From Candidatus Latescibacterota bacterium (lineage in GTDB: Bacteria; Latescibacterota; UBA2968; GCA-2709665), in contig OZ241917.1 in assembly GCA_965203805.1 (NCBI GenBank), forward strand, positions 2,272,001-2,336,000: a DNA stretch of 64,000 nucleotides, read 5' to 3'. A model generated the notes under the pieces. That model saw only the letters and a program-made list of their open reading frames with translations. It made no database searches and had not been told where the DNA came from. Position 1 is the first letter of the stretch, and each line of letters opens with the position of its first letter. Position numbers and translations under genes: made by a program. This document shows positions 1 through 10,848 of the stretch, piece after piece.

Positions 1-2214
1 CAGAAACGGTCCTTCACATACCGGACAAGGCCGGTTCAACGGGCGGTCCCAACTCGCGAACGTACATTCAGGGTAATTGCCGCAACTGAAGAACGTCCTG
101 CCCCGCCGGCTGCTGCGTTCCTTGAGTTGACCGTCGCAATCTTCCTGAGGGCAGGGCACCCCCGTCGAAATTGATCTCGTATTTCTGCATTCGGGGTACC
201 CCGAGCACGCCAGAAAACGGCCATTTCGTCCGGAACGGATCATCATTTCCGATCCGCATTTCTCGCAAGTCTCGCCGGAAGACGCCGGCTCGGAATCTTC
301 GAGCGGCTGGGTGTTTCGGCACGCCGGAAATCCGGAGCAGGCGAGAAAACGCCCATTGCGTCCCCACTTGATCACGAAGACCTTGCCGCACTTCTCGCAG
401 ATTCTGTCGGTCTCCTCCTGAAGCGACGCCTTCAGCTGTTTTCGCTGCCCTTCCGCCCGGTCCAGGTCCCTGGCAAACGGCCCGTAGAAGTCCTCCACCA
501 CCTTCACCCAGCCCACTTCGCCGTTCTCGACCCGATCGAGTTCTCCTTCCATCTTCGCCGTGAAATCCACGTTGAAAACGTCCGGAAACGCCTGCACCAG
601 AATTCCGTTTACCGTGCGTCCCAGATCGGTGGGCGCGAACCGACCGCTGTTTTTGCTGGTATAGTCCCTGTCCTGGAGCGTGCTGATGATCTGTGCGTAT
701 GTACTGGGGCGTCCGATTTCTCGCGACTCCAACTCCTTGACGAGCGTCGCCTCGGAAAACCGCGGAGGCGGTTTTGTAAAGTGCTGCTCTGGCAAAAGCG
801 AGATCATCTTCAGGTCGTCGCCCTTCTTCAACCCGTCCGGCAACCGCGCTTCCGCTTCACGTTTCTCATCGTCCGTCGCCTCGGTATAGAGCGCCGTGAA
901 GCCATCGAATTCCATGACGGTTCCGGTCGACCGAAGTTCATATTCACCCGCACTGATCTCCACCGTCGTTCGATTGTACACCGCCGACGCCATCTGACAC
1001 GCGATAAACCGATCCCAGATCAGTCGATACAGTTTCGCCTGATCCGCGGTCAGATAGGCCTCGACGTCTTTCGGTTGATATTCGATCCCAGTGGGTCGTA
1101 TCGCCTCGTGCGCATCCTGCGCGCCCTGACCCTTTCGGTAGCTCCTGGCACGGGGCGGGAGATAGGCTTTTCCGAATCGCTGCTGAATATAGTCCCTTGC
1201 CGCAGATACCGCCTCGCCAGCCAGCCGGGTGGAGTCGGTCCGCATATATGTGATCAGTCCCGTCGTCTCAGGCGCCCCGGTGCCGCCGGCCGGTACGTCA
1301 ACGCCTTCGTAGAGCTGTTGCGCCACCATCATTGTCTTGCGTGCCGTGAACCGCAGCCTTCGCGACGCCTCCTGCTGAAGCGAACTGGTAATGAACGGCG
1401 GAGACGGGTTGCGGCGTTGCTGCCGCCTCTTGACGTCCGCGATCCGATATCCGTGATGACGGTGCGAATCCAATCCGCCAATACGCTCGTCGCGATCTGA
1501 GGGTTCCCCCGCCAACCCCCGAAGGTCGGACAGAATCGCGTCCACTTCACTCCGGTTCTTAACTTCCAGCTTCTCGCCCCTCAACCTGAACAAACGCGCC
1601 TTGAACGGGACGGTATCCTCGCGTTTCAACTTTACGTCGACGGTCCAGTATTCCACCGGAACGAACACGTCGATGGCCGCCTCCCGCTCGCAAATCAGAC
1701 GAAGCGCCACCGATTGGACCCGCCCGGCGCTCAGACCGCCGTGAACCGTTTTCCACAACAAAGGGCTGACCTTGTACCCCACCAGGCGATCAAGGACCCT
1801 GCGGGCCTGCTGTGCGTCCACCTTCCTCAAATCGATACTCGAGGGGTTGGCCACCGCATCCCCTACCGCCCGTTCCGTAATCTCGTTGAACATCACCCTC
1901 TGGGCTTCGCCGACCCGCTTCAGCGCCTCTGCCACGTGCCAGGCAATGGCTTCGCCCTCGCGGTCCGGATCTGTCGCCAGAATCAACCGCGCTGCCTTCC
2001 GGGACGCCGCGCGAAGCTCTTTGACGAATTTGTTCCGGTCCCGGATGGTTCGGTACGTCGGCCTGAAACCATTCGCCACGTCGATGCCCAGTTCCTTCTG
2101 CGGCAGATCCCTTACGTGACCCATACTGGCCAACACCTTGAATTTCCTACCGAGTATCTTGTTGATCGTTTTCGCCTTTGCAGGCGACTCGACGACCACC
2201 AGCGCATCCGGCAT
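1..2214 (-). CDS. topA: DNA topoisomerase I (type IA), 3' end runs off the window
   Basis: Not in the ORF track. Manual minus-strand translation from ATG 2214 gives MPDALVVVESPAKAKTINKILG...ASMGHVRDLP (TOPRIM). The catalytic-region motif ITYMRTDS is near 1230-1255 and C-terminal zinc-ribbon repeats (FFSCGNYPEC, CPVCEG) reach the window edge. Confidence 0.96.
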   Translation of the reverse strand, partial: MPDALVVVESPAKAKTINKILGRKFKVLASMGHVRDLPQKELGIDVANGFRPTYRTIRDRNKFVKELRAASRKAARLILATDPDREGEAIAWHVAEALKRVGEAQRVMFNEITERAVGDAVANPSSIDLRKVDAQQARRVLDRLVGYKVSPLLWKTVHGGLSAGRVQSVALRLICEREAAIDVFVPVEYWTVDVKLKREDTVPFKARLFRLRGEKLEVKNRSEVDAILSDLRGLAGEPSDRDERIGGLDSHRHHGYRIADVKRRQQRRNPSPPFITSSLQQEASRRLRFTARKTMMVAQQLYEGVDVPAGGTGAPETTGLITYMRTDSTRLAGEAVSAARDYIQQRFGKAYLPPRARSYRKGQGAQDAHEAIRPTGIEYQPKDVEAYLTADQAKLYRLIWDRFIACQMASAVYNRTTVEISAGEYELRSTGTVMEFDGFTALYTEATDDEKREAEARLPDGLKKGDDLKMISLLPEQHFTKPPPRFSEATLVKELESREIGRPSTYAQIISTLQDRDYTSKNSGRFAPTDLGRTVNGILVQAFPDVFNVDFTAKMEGELDRVENGEVGWVKVVEDFYGPFARDLDRAEGQRKQLKASLQEETDRICEKCGKVFVIKWGRNGRFLACSGFPACRNTQPLEDSEPASSGETCEKCGSEMMIRSGRNGRFLACSGYPECRNTRSISTGVPCPQEDCDGQLKERSSRRGRTFFSCGNYPECTFASWDRPLNRPCPVCEGPFL

Positions 2215-2454
2215 ACAGTCTCCCAAAAGAACGAGCCACTTCGAAAGACGTCATCGAGTGACTCACCAAGGTTCTGACGCGTTGTCGATCGCCGGAATTC
2301 CGGTTCACATGGCTCCGGAAGCGTTGTCTCAGGATCTCCCCGGGTACATCGATCAACATACGCAGCGCGTCCGATTCAAAAATACGCGCGACCCAATCAA
2401 AAGTCAAGACTAAACTAATAACTTATTGTAAAACAATTATTAATACTATAAATC

Positions 2455-4536
2455 CTAAGACGGACGGACCCGCCGACCCTGTCTCTCCGATCGCACGACG
2501 ATGGCCTCAACGATCATCAGGATGAACGCCAGCCCCAGAGCATGCCGCCACAGTTCCCGTCCCCCACGCGTTTCTCTGACCGCGTCTGCCGGAGAAGCAC
2601 CCGGTTCCACAACTCGCAGACGGGCTCCGCCGAACACCCGACTCAGCCCTTCCTGTGAGACGGGTGAAGGATCCCCTTCGTCGGGGTCGATACGAACGGC
2701 GAACCGGTCCGCCAGCCGGTCCCTGGCGTAGATTTCCCACACACCGGGGACATCCACCTCCCCGACCGGCCAAACCGACTGAACGCCGCGCTGTTCGGGC
2801 CAGATCATCCGCGGCTCTCCGATGGGAGGCTTCAGCAGGGCCTCGCGGGCCCGGACGCCGGAACGGTTGCGGTACACCTTGTCGCCGACGGAATAATCGG
2901 CCTGACCGCGAGTGCCTGCCGCGAGGTATTGGCTCAGTCGATGGATGAACGGAACGAAGAATCCCGTAAGGGGCAGGTCTGTCCATCGCCGATCCGTATC
3001 CAGTCCGGCGGCAAACAGCATCACTCGACCAGCGCCGACACCGGTTTCGGCCAGGGCGGGGTCGCCGTTGCGGAAGCGCAGGACGGGCTTTGTCGTCTCC
3101 CCCGGTCGTATCCGGATGTACGCGTAAAACCGGGGGCTTCGCAGCCCCTCCGCTGCAGCGATGCCCGCGAATATCGAATGATCAGACGGCGGTTCACGCA
3201 GCCTGTGATAGGTGGTTTCCCGGCCTGGAGAGCCTTCAATACCCACCAGCGATGCTGGAAACAAGCCCGGAAGCAGCGCGGAATTGTAGAAACGGAAGTC
3301 CACCCGATCCCCAAGGAGAAACATCAGACCCATACCGTTCCGAACGCGATATTCAAGGACCTTCGAGATACTGGCGGGCAGCCGCGGGACGTTAAACAGC
3401 AGGGCAGCGTCGGTCCGGTTCAGAAGATCAGCGTTCAATTCGTCCGGCCGGACCGTCCGAACCGATACCGTCTGCACCGACCCGGCTTCGAGGGCCCTCG
3501 AGACAAAATAGGTCTCGTCTTCGTTCTCGGCCACCAGCAGCACCCGGATATTCTCCGGGATAGTGAGGACCGAGGTGTAAACGTTGTCCGCCGCCAGGTC
3601 GTCGTCACTCAGTTCCACGCGCAGGGGTAGCTGTCCTCCCCGCTCCGGGACGAACCGGAAGTGGAGACGACGCGAGGCGCCGGGCTCGGAACGAATCACC
3701 TGCTGACCGATCCGGCGCCCGTCAAGGTAAACCTGCACCGGCGCACGCAGCCGGGCGGGGCCGCCGTAGTCCGCCAGCGATACCCTCAGCGTCGAAGCGC
3801 TTCCGGCGGCAAGAATCCCTTCAAGAGGAGTCGCGTCCCGGATTCCTGCGTTATCCACCTCGGTTAGCCGTACCGGAATGCAAAACACGGAAATGTCACG
3901 CCCGTTAAAAAGCGTATCCGGTACCGTCGACCAGCCGTTTCGCGAAAAATCCGAAATGACGTAAAGCTCCCTGTTCTGAATCGCCGATCGGGAGACGTGC
4001 TTCAGCGCAACCTCAAGCGCCGAACGAAAGTTCGTTCCTCTGTGTGTGGACTTCAGGACCTCGAGCCGGGCCGCAAGACGGTCGGGGCGGCCGGGCCCGA
4101 TTTCCTCCACCCGGTCATCCACCTGAAACAGGCGCACGTCGTCCTGTGTATCGAATATCTGCAGGACCTCTTTTGCTCTGTCCCGGGCGCGGTCGAACAG
4201 GGTTCCTTCGGGTACCCTGTAGCTCATGCTCAGAGACCGGTCGAGCAGGAGCACGGCCGACGTTCGCAAGGCGCCGTTGCCCGCTACGCCTTTCAACGTG
4301 GGACGGGCAAATCCGAGTACCAGGAACAGAATGACCAGCGTGCGGAGAATCAGGAGCAGAATCTGCTTCAGCCTGACCCTCCGCATTCGATCCTGCTGAA
4401 GGGTCTGCAGGAGAGCCACGTTACTGAATGCGACGGTTACGGTTCGCCGACGGTTGAGCAGGTGAATCGCCAGCGGCAGCAGCGCGGCCCATAACCCGTG
4501 CAGCATGGCCGGTGATGAAAAGGAGAGACCAAACAT
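2455..4536 (-). CDS. BatA N-terminal + VWA domain membrane protein
   Basis: N-terminal LLPLAIHLLNRRR..FSNVALL (BatA double-TM motif), MIDAS-like LLLDRSLSM, C-terminal ELWRHAL..TM helix. Confidence 0.85.
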   Translation of the reverse strand: MFGLSFSSPAMLHGLWAALLPLAIHLLNRRRTVTVAFSNVALLQTLQQDRMRRVRLKQILLLILRTLVILFLVLGFARPTLKGVAGNGALRTSAVLLLDRSLSMSYRVPEGTLFDRARDRAKEVLQIFDTQDDVRLFQVDDRVEEIGPGRPDRLAARLEVLKSTHRGTNFRSALEVALKHVSRSAIQNRELYVISDFSRNGWSTVPDTLFNGRDISVFCIPVRLTEVDNAGIRDATPLEGILAAGSASTLRVSLADYGGPARLRAPVQVYLDGRRIGQQVIRSEPGASRRLHFRFVPERGGQLPLRVELSDDDLAADNVYTSVLTIPENIRVLLVAENEDETYFVSRALEAGSVQTVSVRTVRPDELNADLLNRTDAALLFNVPRLPASISKVLEYRVRNGMGLMFLLGDRVDFRFYNSALLPGLFPASLVGIEGSPGRETTYHRLREPPSDHSIFAGIAAAEGLRSPRFYAYIRIRPGETTKPVLRFRNGDPALAETGVGAGRVMLFAAGLDTDRRWTDLPLTGFFVPFIHRLSQYLAAGTRGQADYSVGDKVYRNRSGVRAREALLKPPIGEPRMIWPEQRGVQSVWPVGEVDVPGVWEIYARDRLADRFAVRIDPDEGDPSPVSQEGLSRVFGGARLRVVEPGASPADAVRETRGGRELWRHALGLAFILMIVEAIVVRSERQGRRVRPS

Positions 4537-4747
4537 GCCGATCAGACCTGGAAATGTGGAATCAGGGGTTCGCGTTACCCCACTTGCGGGGCGGCGACGA
4601 AGCTCGCGGGCCGGTCTGTTGTCCGAGTTCCGTCCTGCCGGGTCGCCGTATGCCCGGAGGAATCCCGCGATTCCGCGCCATGTACAAAAAAAACCTGCTT
4701 CTCATACGATCGCAGGCAGTTGCAAATTGAGACGGGTTCAATTTGGA

Positions 4748-5209
4748 TCAGGAATGGTGTTCCTCTTCTTCTTCGATACAGGCGATCAGGGACTCCCGGT
4801 CCTCCGATGCGATGAGATGCCGGCGAAACGCCTCGCCCTTGAGCAGGCGGGAGATGCGCGCAAGCGCCTTGATGTGCGGTCCGGAAACGTCCATTGGCGA
4901 AACCAGAAGAAAGAAGATGAACGTCGGCTGGTCGTCCAGCGCGTCGAAGTCAACGCCTTCCCGCTTTATCCCCAGCACGCCGCCCAGTTCGCTCACGTAT
5001 TCGGATTTTCCGTGCGGAATGGCGATCCCGTGTCCGATGCCGGTACTCATGATTTCTTCGCGCAAAAGCACGGCGTCCAGGACCTTCCCGCGATCGGTTA
5101 TCTTGTCACCGTCTACCGCATCGACAAGCTCCTCGAGTATTTCCCGTTTGTTCCGCCCCCTCAACCCGGCAATGACCGACCTGCCAGACAGAATCTCCAT
5201 AAGGGTCAT
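4748..5209 (-). CDS. PTS EIIA (fructose/Ntr-type) domain protein
   Basis: REEIMSTGIGHGIAIPHG phospho-His motif, GVDFDALDDQP, HIKALARISRLL. Start placed at MTLMEIL. Confidence 0.92.
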   Translation of the reverse strand: MTLMEILSGRSVIAGLRGRNKREILEELVDAVDGDKITDRGKVLDAVLLREEIMSTGIGHGIAIPHGKSEYVSELGGVLGIKREGVDFDALDDQPTFIFFLLVSPMDVSGPHIKALARISRLLKGEAFRRHLIASEDRESLIACIEEEEEHHS

Positions 5210-5406
5210 GAAAACGTCTCCCGCGAGCACCCCCAAAACGCCGTCAACATCCTGTTCCCGCGCCTTCTGGTCAAGCGAAGCGAAAAATAACCCATACCTG
5301 GATCGTAGTCAAGGGAAATGGCGCAGAAGAACACGGAGATGCGCCCATGCCGTCACCGGAGATTCCCGGACCGGAATCAGCGGCGCCGTGGCTTCGGATG
5401 ACGCGG

Positions 5407-7194
5407 TTAAGCACGGCCGCGAATAAGCAGTTCCCGTTCATAGCTGCGCAGCAGGTCCGAACGGGTGATGATCCCTTCCAGTTCCACCGGCGAACCGGTG
5501 CGAAATACCGGAAGTGTATCCGCATCCGTGTTCGAAAACTGAACAAGCGCGTCGGCCAGTGAACTCGAGAGCTCGAGGGCGGCCGGCGGTTTGCCCATCA
5601 CGTCCTCGGCGATGAGCAATGCGTGCATATCGTACTCGAGCATCACTTCCCGTATGTCGTGAAACCAGATCATGCCCTTGAACCCGCCCCGGTCGTCCAT
5701 GACGGGGAAGTCGTTCAAATTACTGCGGCCGATCAGGTCCACGATTTCACGCAACGGGGTGTGTTCCCTGATGAAGTCGAAATCCGGACGAACGATTCGC
5801 GAGACCGGGAGTTTCTCCAATACCGACAGGTCCCGTCCCTGGTGTATATTCAGCCCGCGGCGCCTGAGCTTGAGCGAATAGATGGACTCGCGCTCGACGA
5901 CACGCGCCATCACCACCGCAAGAACCGTGGCGAACATCAACGGCAGGATGAGGCGGTAGTTCCCTGTCATCTCCACAATAATCAGCGAGGACGTCAGGGG
6001 GGCGTGCGTGGTCGCCGCCACGAAAGCGCTCATCCCAACGACGGCATATGCTCCGGAGGGGCTGATGACGCCGGGCAGCCAGGTCTCCGCGAGGCGGCCG
6101 AAAGCCCCGCCGAGCGTGGCGCCCATGAAGAGCGACGGCGCGAACAGGCCACCCGATGCGCCGGAGCCGACCGTCAACGAAGTACTGAGCAGCTTCAGCC
6201 CCAGATACAGACCGAGCATGGGCAGCAGGATCTGACCGTGAAGCGCGGCGCCGATTGTCTCGTAACCCACACCCAGGGCGGGCGGACACCCGAGACCGAT
6301 AATCCCGACCAGCGCACCGCCGACGGCCGGTTTCAGCCATACGGGCATCCCGTAGGCGCGGCGGTTGAAGAGATCCTCCGTCCCATACAGCAGGCGTATG
6401 AACGCAGCGCCCGCGATGCCCGCGAGAACGGCCAGTATAACGTACCATCCCAACTCGTGGAGATTGACGAACTGATAGTCCGGCACCTCGAAGACCTGTC
6501 GTTCTCCCATGTACGCCTTTGCGACGACGGCCGACATCACGGAAGCGATTACCACCGGAGTAAAGGCGGCAATGGTAAAGTCCCCGAGGATGATCTCCAG
6601 GGAGAAAAGAACACCCGCGATCGGCGCGTTGAAAATGGCGGAAATACCGGCCGAAGCACCACAGGCAATCAGTGTTTTCAGGTTCGCTTCAGAGAGTCTG
6701 AAGAGTCGCCCGACAGTGGATCCCCACGCGGCGCCGATCTGGATAATCGGCCCTTCGCTTCCGGCCGACCCGCCGGACCCGAGTGTGAATGCGGACGCAA
6801 ACGCCTTGGCAACCATCACGCGTGCGCGAATGACCCCGCGCCTGGTGATGATTGCGTTCATCACTTCCGCAACGCCGGGCCCGCGCGCTTCTACCGCGTA
6901 GAAGCAGGCGATCAGACCGGCTGCCAGACCACCCATGGCCGGAATGATGGGAAACAGGAAGGATTTGCCGAGCAATGCCGGCGCGTCGACATGCAGCAGC
7001 CCGTGCACCGCATCCAACAGCCACTGAAACAGCACGGAACCGGCCCCGCAGCCGACCCCGATCAGAATGGCCAGCCCGATCAGAAAGGTCTGTTCGCTGA
7101 GGTCTAACCTTGAGAAGAACCGAACGATCCGGTTTCGGAAGCGGATTGTCGTGTTGGGGGAAGGTAAAATCGATGGCGCGGGATCAACATCCAC
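5407..7194 (-). CDS. ClC-family chloride channel / Cl-H+ antiporter with two CBS domains
   Basis: GSAGSEGP, FNAPIAG, GGLFAP motifs; C-terminal CBS pair. Confidence 0.93.
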   Translation of the reverse strand: MDVDPAPSILPSPNTTIRFRNRIVRFFSRLDLSEQTFLIGLAILIGVGCGAGSVLFQWLLDAVHGLLHVDAPALLGKSFLFPIIPAMGGLAAGLIACFYAVEARGPGVAEVMNAIITRRGVIRARVMVAKAFASAFTLGSGGSAGSEGPIIQIGAAWGSTVGRLFRLSEANLKTLIACGASAGISAIFNAPIAGVLFSLEIILGDFTIAAFTPVVIASVMSAVVAKAYMGERQVFEVPDYQFVNLHELGWYVILAVLAGIAGAAFIRLLYGTEDLFNRRAYGMPVWLKPAVGGALVGIIGLGCPPALGVGYETIGAALHGQILLPMLGLYLGLKLLSTSLTVGSGASGGLFAPSLFMGATLGGAFGRLAETWLPGVISPSGAYAVVGMSAFVAATTHAPLTSSLIIVEMTGNYRLILPLMFATVLAVVMARVVERESIYSLKLRRRGLNIHQGRDLSVLEKLPVSRIVRPDFDFIREHTPLREIVDLIGRSNLNDFPVMDDRGGFKGMIWFHDIREVMLEYDMHALLIAEDVMGKPPAALELSSSLADALVQFSNTDADTLPVFRTGSPVELEGIITRSDLLRSYERELLIRGRA

Positions 7195-7436
7195 CGTATA
7201 ATCCCTCTGTCGCGGTTGGCGGTCGCCGAAAGTGAAGCCGATATCGACAGGTGAGTATACCCGTCCCCACGCGCACTGTCAAGCGGAAAGCGGAAATTCC
7301 ATGCCACGTGAAAACTTGAAACATTCGGGATGAATCGGCGTAAAACGGGGGAAATCTGCGACCGCGGCCCGGGAACATTCCGATTCCGCAGTCGTCTGCG
7401 CCCGGCTCCGCACCGCTCGAAACCGAAAGGATCGTC

Positions 7437-9845
7437 ATGCGACCTGTTGGGACCTTAACGAGATCTGTCTCCATCGTGTGCTTTATTTTACTGTTGGCGC
7501 CGTCGGTCGTCTTCTCGCTGCCGCCGCCAACCGTGGATTCCCTCTACGCTCAGGGTCAGACGGCACAGCGGCTGCACGACGTGCGCGAAATCGTCTCCCG
7601 GCTCAACGCCGCCGTCCCGGAAACCGACCATCCGGCGGGATTGCTGGTTCGCATCGGCAACCTGTACGTGCGGCTTCAGGAGGCGGACAGCGCGAACGTC
7701 GCCTTCAACGCCGCCGTTAACCGTGACTCCACGCTGGCGGGAGCCTTTCTCGGCCTTGGCGAGGTCCAGTTGGAACTCCGGAACAGGCCCCGATCCGCGC
7801 TTGTACCGCTGCAGAGGGCCGTCGACCTGGATTCGACGTACGCGGAAGCCCATTTCATGATGGCCCGCGCATATCTGCGTTCCAGAAAAACCACGGCCGC
7901 ACGGCGTGCGGCAGACAAGAGCATCCAGGTGGATCCGAAGTTTACGGCGCCTTACCTGTTTCTGGCAAAGCTCTACCAGCGGGAAAACAACAACCGGGCA
8001 GCCCATACGTTTTATAAACAGTATCTCGAACAGCGCCCGAACGACCAGACCGCAGCCTACGAATTCGCCGTAGAACTGCTCAAGCAGAAAGAACTCGAAA
8101 GGGCCAGAGAAATCGCCGAGCGCCTGGGCGGGTTACGCGGCTTGCCGATTGTCGCCCAGGCGATGATGGCCGATCGGGACTACGAAGGAGCGATGGCGGC
8201 GTTCTCGCAATACATTGACGGCCTCGTCCCTAAGGAACAGGCCCTTTTCGAAGACATTTCGCTGGTCGGACTCCCCCGGGAGGTGAGAGCGTTTCGAACG
8301 ACGACGCCGGAGACCCGAGAGGCGTTCCTCCGGAACTTCTGGCTCAGAAAAGACCCCTTCAAATCGTCTGCCGGCGCCATGCGACGGGCCGAGCATTACC
8401 GCCGGGTGTGGTATGCGCGCACCTTCTTCGGGAGGAAGAAGTTCCCGTATGACCGGAGGGGCCAGATCTATATTCGATACGGCGAGCCGGACTTTCGCTC
8501 GAACTGGCGTGAACTCAACGCCCAGATGCCGCTGAATGTCCAGCGGGTGCAGGAGCGGATGGCCCATCAGCTTTACGGGAACAAAGCCCTGGCCCTGACG
8601 TTCGTGGGGCCGGTCTATCCCATCCGCTCCGCCCAGGCCGCCGAAAACACCTGGCGCAACTCGGAAGTGCGGGCATCCTCGAAGCCGATTCAGACCATAG
8701 ACGAAGCAGCGGTCGGCCTGGAACGCTACAAGCCCATAACCTCCAGCGGTGACTGGTCCGCCGTTCCCTGGGCGGTCTGGATATACGCGGATATCGATGG
8801 CGGCGTAGAAATCGCCTTCACGGACGAGTTCAATACGGGCAACTTCGACTACGCGCCGGAACCGGTCCTCGGCCCGGAAGACATCAACGAGTATAACATG
8901 CAGAGCCGCGGCGGCCCGTTCCGCAACATGATCAACCGGCTGAACACGCTGTCGCCCGCTGCCCGGATGACCAGGGTCGCGAGTAAAGAACCCGAACGAT
9001 TCGCCTTCGAAGCGCTGGAACCCCTGGACTTCTATTACGAAGCCCTGTCCTTCAGAGGGCAGGACGGCAAGACCGACCTTCAACTGAACCTGGGATTGCC
9101 CATTGACAATGTCGCCCGTCCCGAGGACATCGACACGACCGTCGTCGTCAATCGCCGCATCGCACTCGTCGACAGCCGGCGGGCCCGGCTCCACAAACGG
9201 AAAGACGACCTCGCCGTCCCTGTTTCGGACGCAAATCTCGGCCTGAGCCTTCTGGCGCTTGACCGCGTTGACATGGCCGCCGCACCCGGCGTGTACCAGC
9301 TCGCGGTGGAGGCATGGCGAAAAAATACAGACATGCTCCAGGTCTACCAGCAGACCCTGGATCTGCCCGATTACAGCGGCGGCGAACTCATGATGAGCGA
9401 TATCCAGATCGCGCAGAGCGTGCGGGAAGCCGGTGACGGGGCCGATCCAAAATTCGTGCGTCAGGGCTGGAACATACTTCCGGCGCCGTCCCGAACCTTC
9501 TACATCGGGAACTCCGTTTTTGTGTATTTCGAAGTTTATAACCTGGACAAAGACGCATTCGGAAACACCCGCTACGAAGTGACCTTCGAGGTCATCTCCA
9601 AGTCCACGAGCGATACATCCCCCAGAACCTTCCTGCCCAGAATCCGCAAGGACGGCGAAGCCATTGAAGTACGATACGAGCAGGTCGGTACCGATATCTG
9701 GGTCTCGGACTTTGTGGAACTGGATCTGGGACAGGCGGATCAGGGTCGTTATTCGCTCCACATGACGGTCAAGGACCTGAATGCCGACCGTACCATCAAA
9801 CGCGACAGTCTGTTCCGGATTGCATCGCCCCCGCGCCGGCGATAG
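7437..9845 (+). CDS. Secreted TPR + GWxTD-domain protein
   Basis: Signal peptide, TPR repeats, FLRNFWLRKDP...EHYRRVWYA...YDRRGQIYIRYGEPD, C-terminal LMMSDIQIA Ig-like region. Confidence 0.85.
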   Translation: MRPVGTLTRSVSIVCFILLLAPSVVFSLPPPTVDSLYAQGQTAQRLHDVREIVSRLNAAVPETDHPAGLLVRIGNLYVRLQEADSANVAFNAAVNRDSTLAGAFLGLGEVQLELRNRPRSALVPLQRAVDLDSTYAEAHFMMARAYLRSRKTTAARRAADKSIQVDPKFTAPYLFLAKLYQRENNNRAAHTFYKQYLEQRPNDQTAAYEFAVELLKQKELERAREIAERLGGLRGLPIVAQAMMADRDYEGAMAAFSQYIDGLVPKEQALFEDISLVGLPREVRAFRTTTPETREAFLRNFWLRKDPFKSSAGAMRRAEHYRRVWYARTFFGRKKFPYDRRGQIYIRYGEPDFRSNWRELNAQMPLNVQRVQERMAHQLYGNKALALTFVGPVYPIRSAQAAENTWRNSEVRASSKPIQTIDEAAVGLERYKPITSSGDWSAVPWAVWIYADIDGGVEIAFTDEFNTGNFDYAPEPVLGPEDINEYNMQSRGGPFRNMINRLNTLSPAARMTRVASKEPERFAFEALEPLDFYYEALSFRGQDGKTDLQLNLGLPIDNVARPEDIDTTVVVNRRIALVDSRRARLHKRKDDLAVPVSDANLGLSLLALDRVDMAAAPGVYQLAVEAWRKNTDMLQVYQQTLDLPDYSGGELMMSDIQIAQSVREAGDGADPKFVRQGWNILPAPSRTFYIGNSVFVYFEVYNLDKDAFGNTRYEVTFEVISKSTSDTSPRTFLPRIRKDGEAIEVRYEQVGTDIWVSDFVELDLGQADQGRYSLHMTVKDLNADRTIKRDSLFRIASPPRRR

Positions 9846-9875
9846 TGGCGCCGCCAGGACCGATCATCCGGCCGA

Positions 9876-10424
9876 TCATCCCACCCGCATCACCAGGGTG
9901 TCGGCCACACGATCGTGCAGCGCCTGCCGGTCCGGATGACGGCGCGTGATCCAGACGAGAACAAAACCCAACAGCCAGCCCGAGTAAAAAACGATCGACC
10001 AGGCATGGAGGCTTCCGGCATCCAATTCCGCCGGCGGCGTCAGGACGCGACCGGCGCCCAGAGCCACCTGATGCGGATCCACATACGGGTTGAGCGCGGA
10101 CAGGGCAATTACAAACCCGAAAATGGGCGTCCACTTCACCGCGGAACGAACCAATGCCCTTGCCCGCCCTATCGCGCCGCCGTCCGCGGAGATGACCTTC
10201 AGGCTCATCATAATCTTGCCCGGCGTTTGTCCCCTGCGCGCCAGAAACACGGTACCGTAGACCAGCGTTATCCCAAATTCCAGAACAAGCGCCGCAATGG
10301 GTGAGGGCGTGATTTCTCTCAATGCGCGGGAGAGCGGCAGATCCAGCAGCTTCAGCATCAGCACGTCGATCACCAACGCCAGAAACCGCTTCCCCATCCC
10401 TGCCATCTCATCCTGCATCAGCAT
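9876..10424 (-). CDS. RDD family membrane protein
   Basis: KRFLALVID, GQTPGKIMMSLKV, RQALHDRVADTLV motifs. Start uncertain; overlaps the vapC stop. Confidence 0.88.
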   Translation of the reverse strand: MLMQDEMAGMGKRFLALVIDVLMLKLLDLPLSRALREITPSPIAALVLEFGITLVYGTVFLARRGQTPGKIMMSLKVISADGGAIGRARALVRSAVKWTPIFGFVIALSALNPYVDPHQVALGAGRVLTPPAELDAGSLHAWSIVFYSGWLLGFVLVWITRRHPDRQALHDRVADTLVMRVG

Positions 10425-10848
10425 CGTCTTTAACCCCTGCTTCCGACCGGGGTGCGTGAAGCTCAATCGGCAGAAATTCGTTGAAACGCCGAAAATCGCC
10501 GTCGGTGGTAAAGATCGGCATGTGATACCGATGGGAGACCGCGCAGATCAGAAAATCAGTGTTCGAACCTTGAATACCCCGCCGCCGGCTCAGGTTGAAA
10601 AAATCGGCTGCACATTCGTAGTCCGCGGCTTCGAGCGGCAGGTCCGGAAACGCACGCAGGCGGCTTCGGAGCTTCTCGAATTGACCCTGTATACGGATTC
10701 CGGAAAGGATTTCCTGGCGGATGGGCCCGATCAGCTGGACACGGAATTCGCGGACCAGTTCCCCGAACTCTTCAACGACCGGATGTTCGGCAACGGCTTT
10801 GCGCCGCAGCGAAAGGGACCACACACTCGTATCTACCACGACCTTCAT
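10408..10848 (-). CDS. vapC: VapC PIN-domain toxin
   Basis: VVVDTSVWS, QEILSG, DFLICA, IFTTDGDF acidic PIN residues; overlaps the antitoxin stop. Confidence 0.92.
   Translation of the reverse strand: MKVVVDTSVWSLSLRRKAVAEHPVVEEFGELVREFRVQLIGPIRQEILSGIRIQGQFEKLRSRLRAFPDLPLEAADYECAADFFNLSRRRGIQGSNTDFLICAVSHRYHMPIFTTDGDFRRFNEFLPIELHAPRSEAGVKDDADAG

Noticed and set aside
781-2277. Plus-strand ORFs 781..1500 and 1714..2277
   Set aside because: Antisense shadows of topA, which the track missed because it is truncated.
2405-2455. Very AT-rich 50-bp patch upstream of topA as an origin or regulatory site
   Set aside because: No DnaA boxes or clear promoter spacing; probably an UP/IHF-like tract, not provable.
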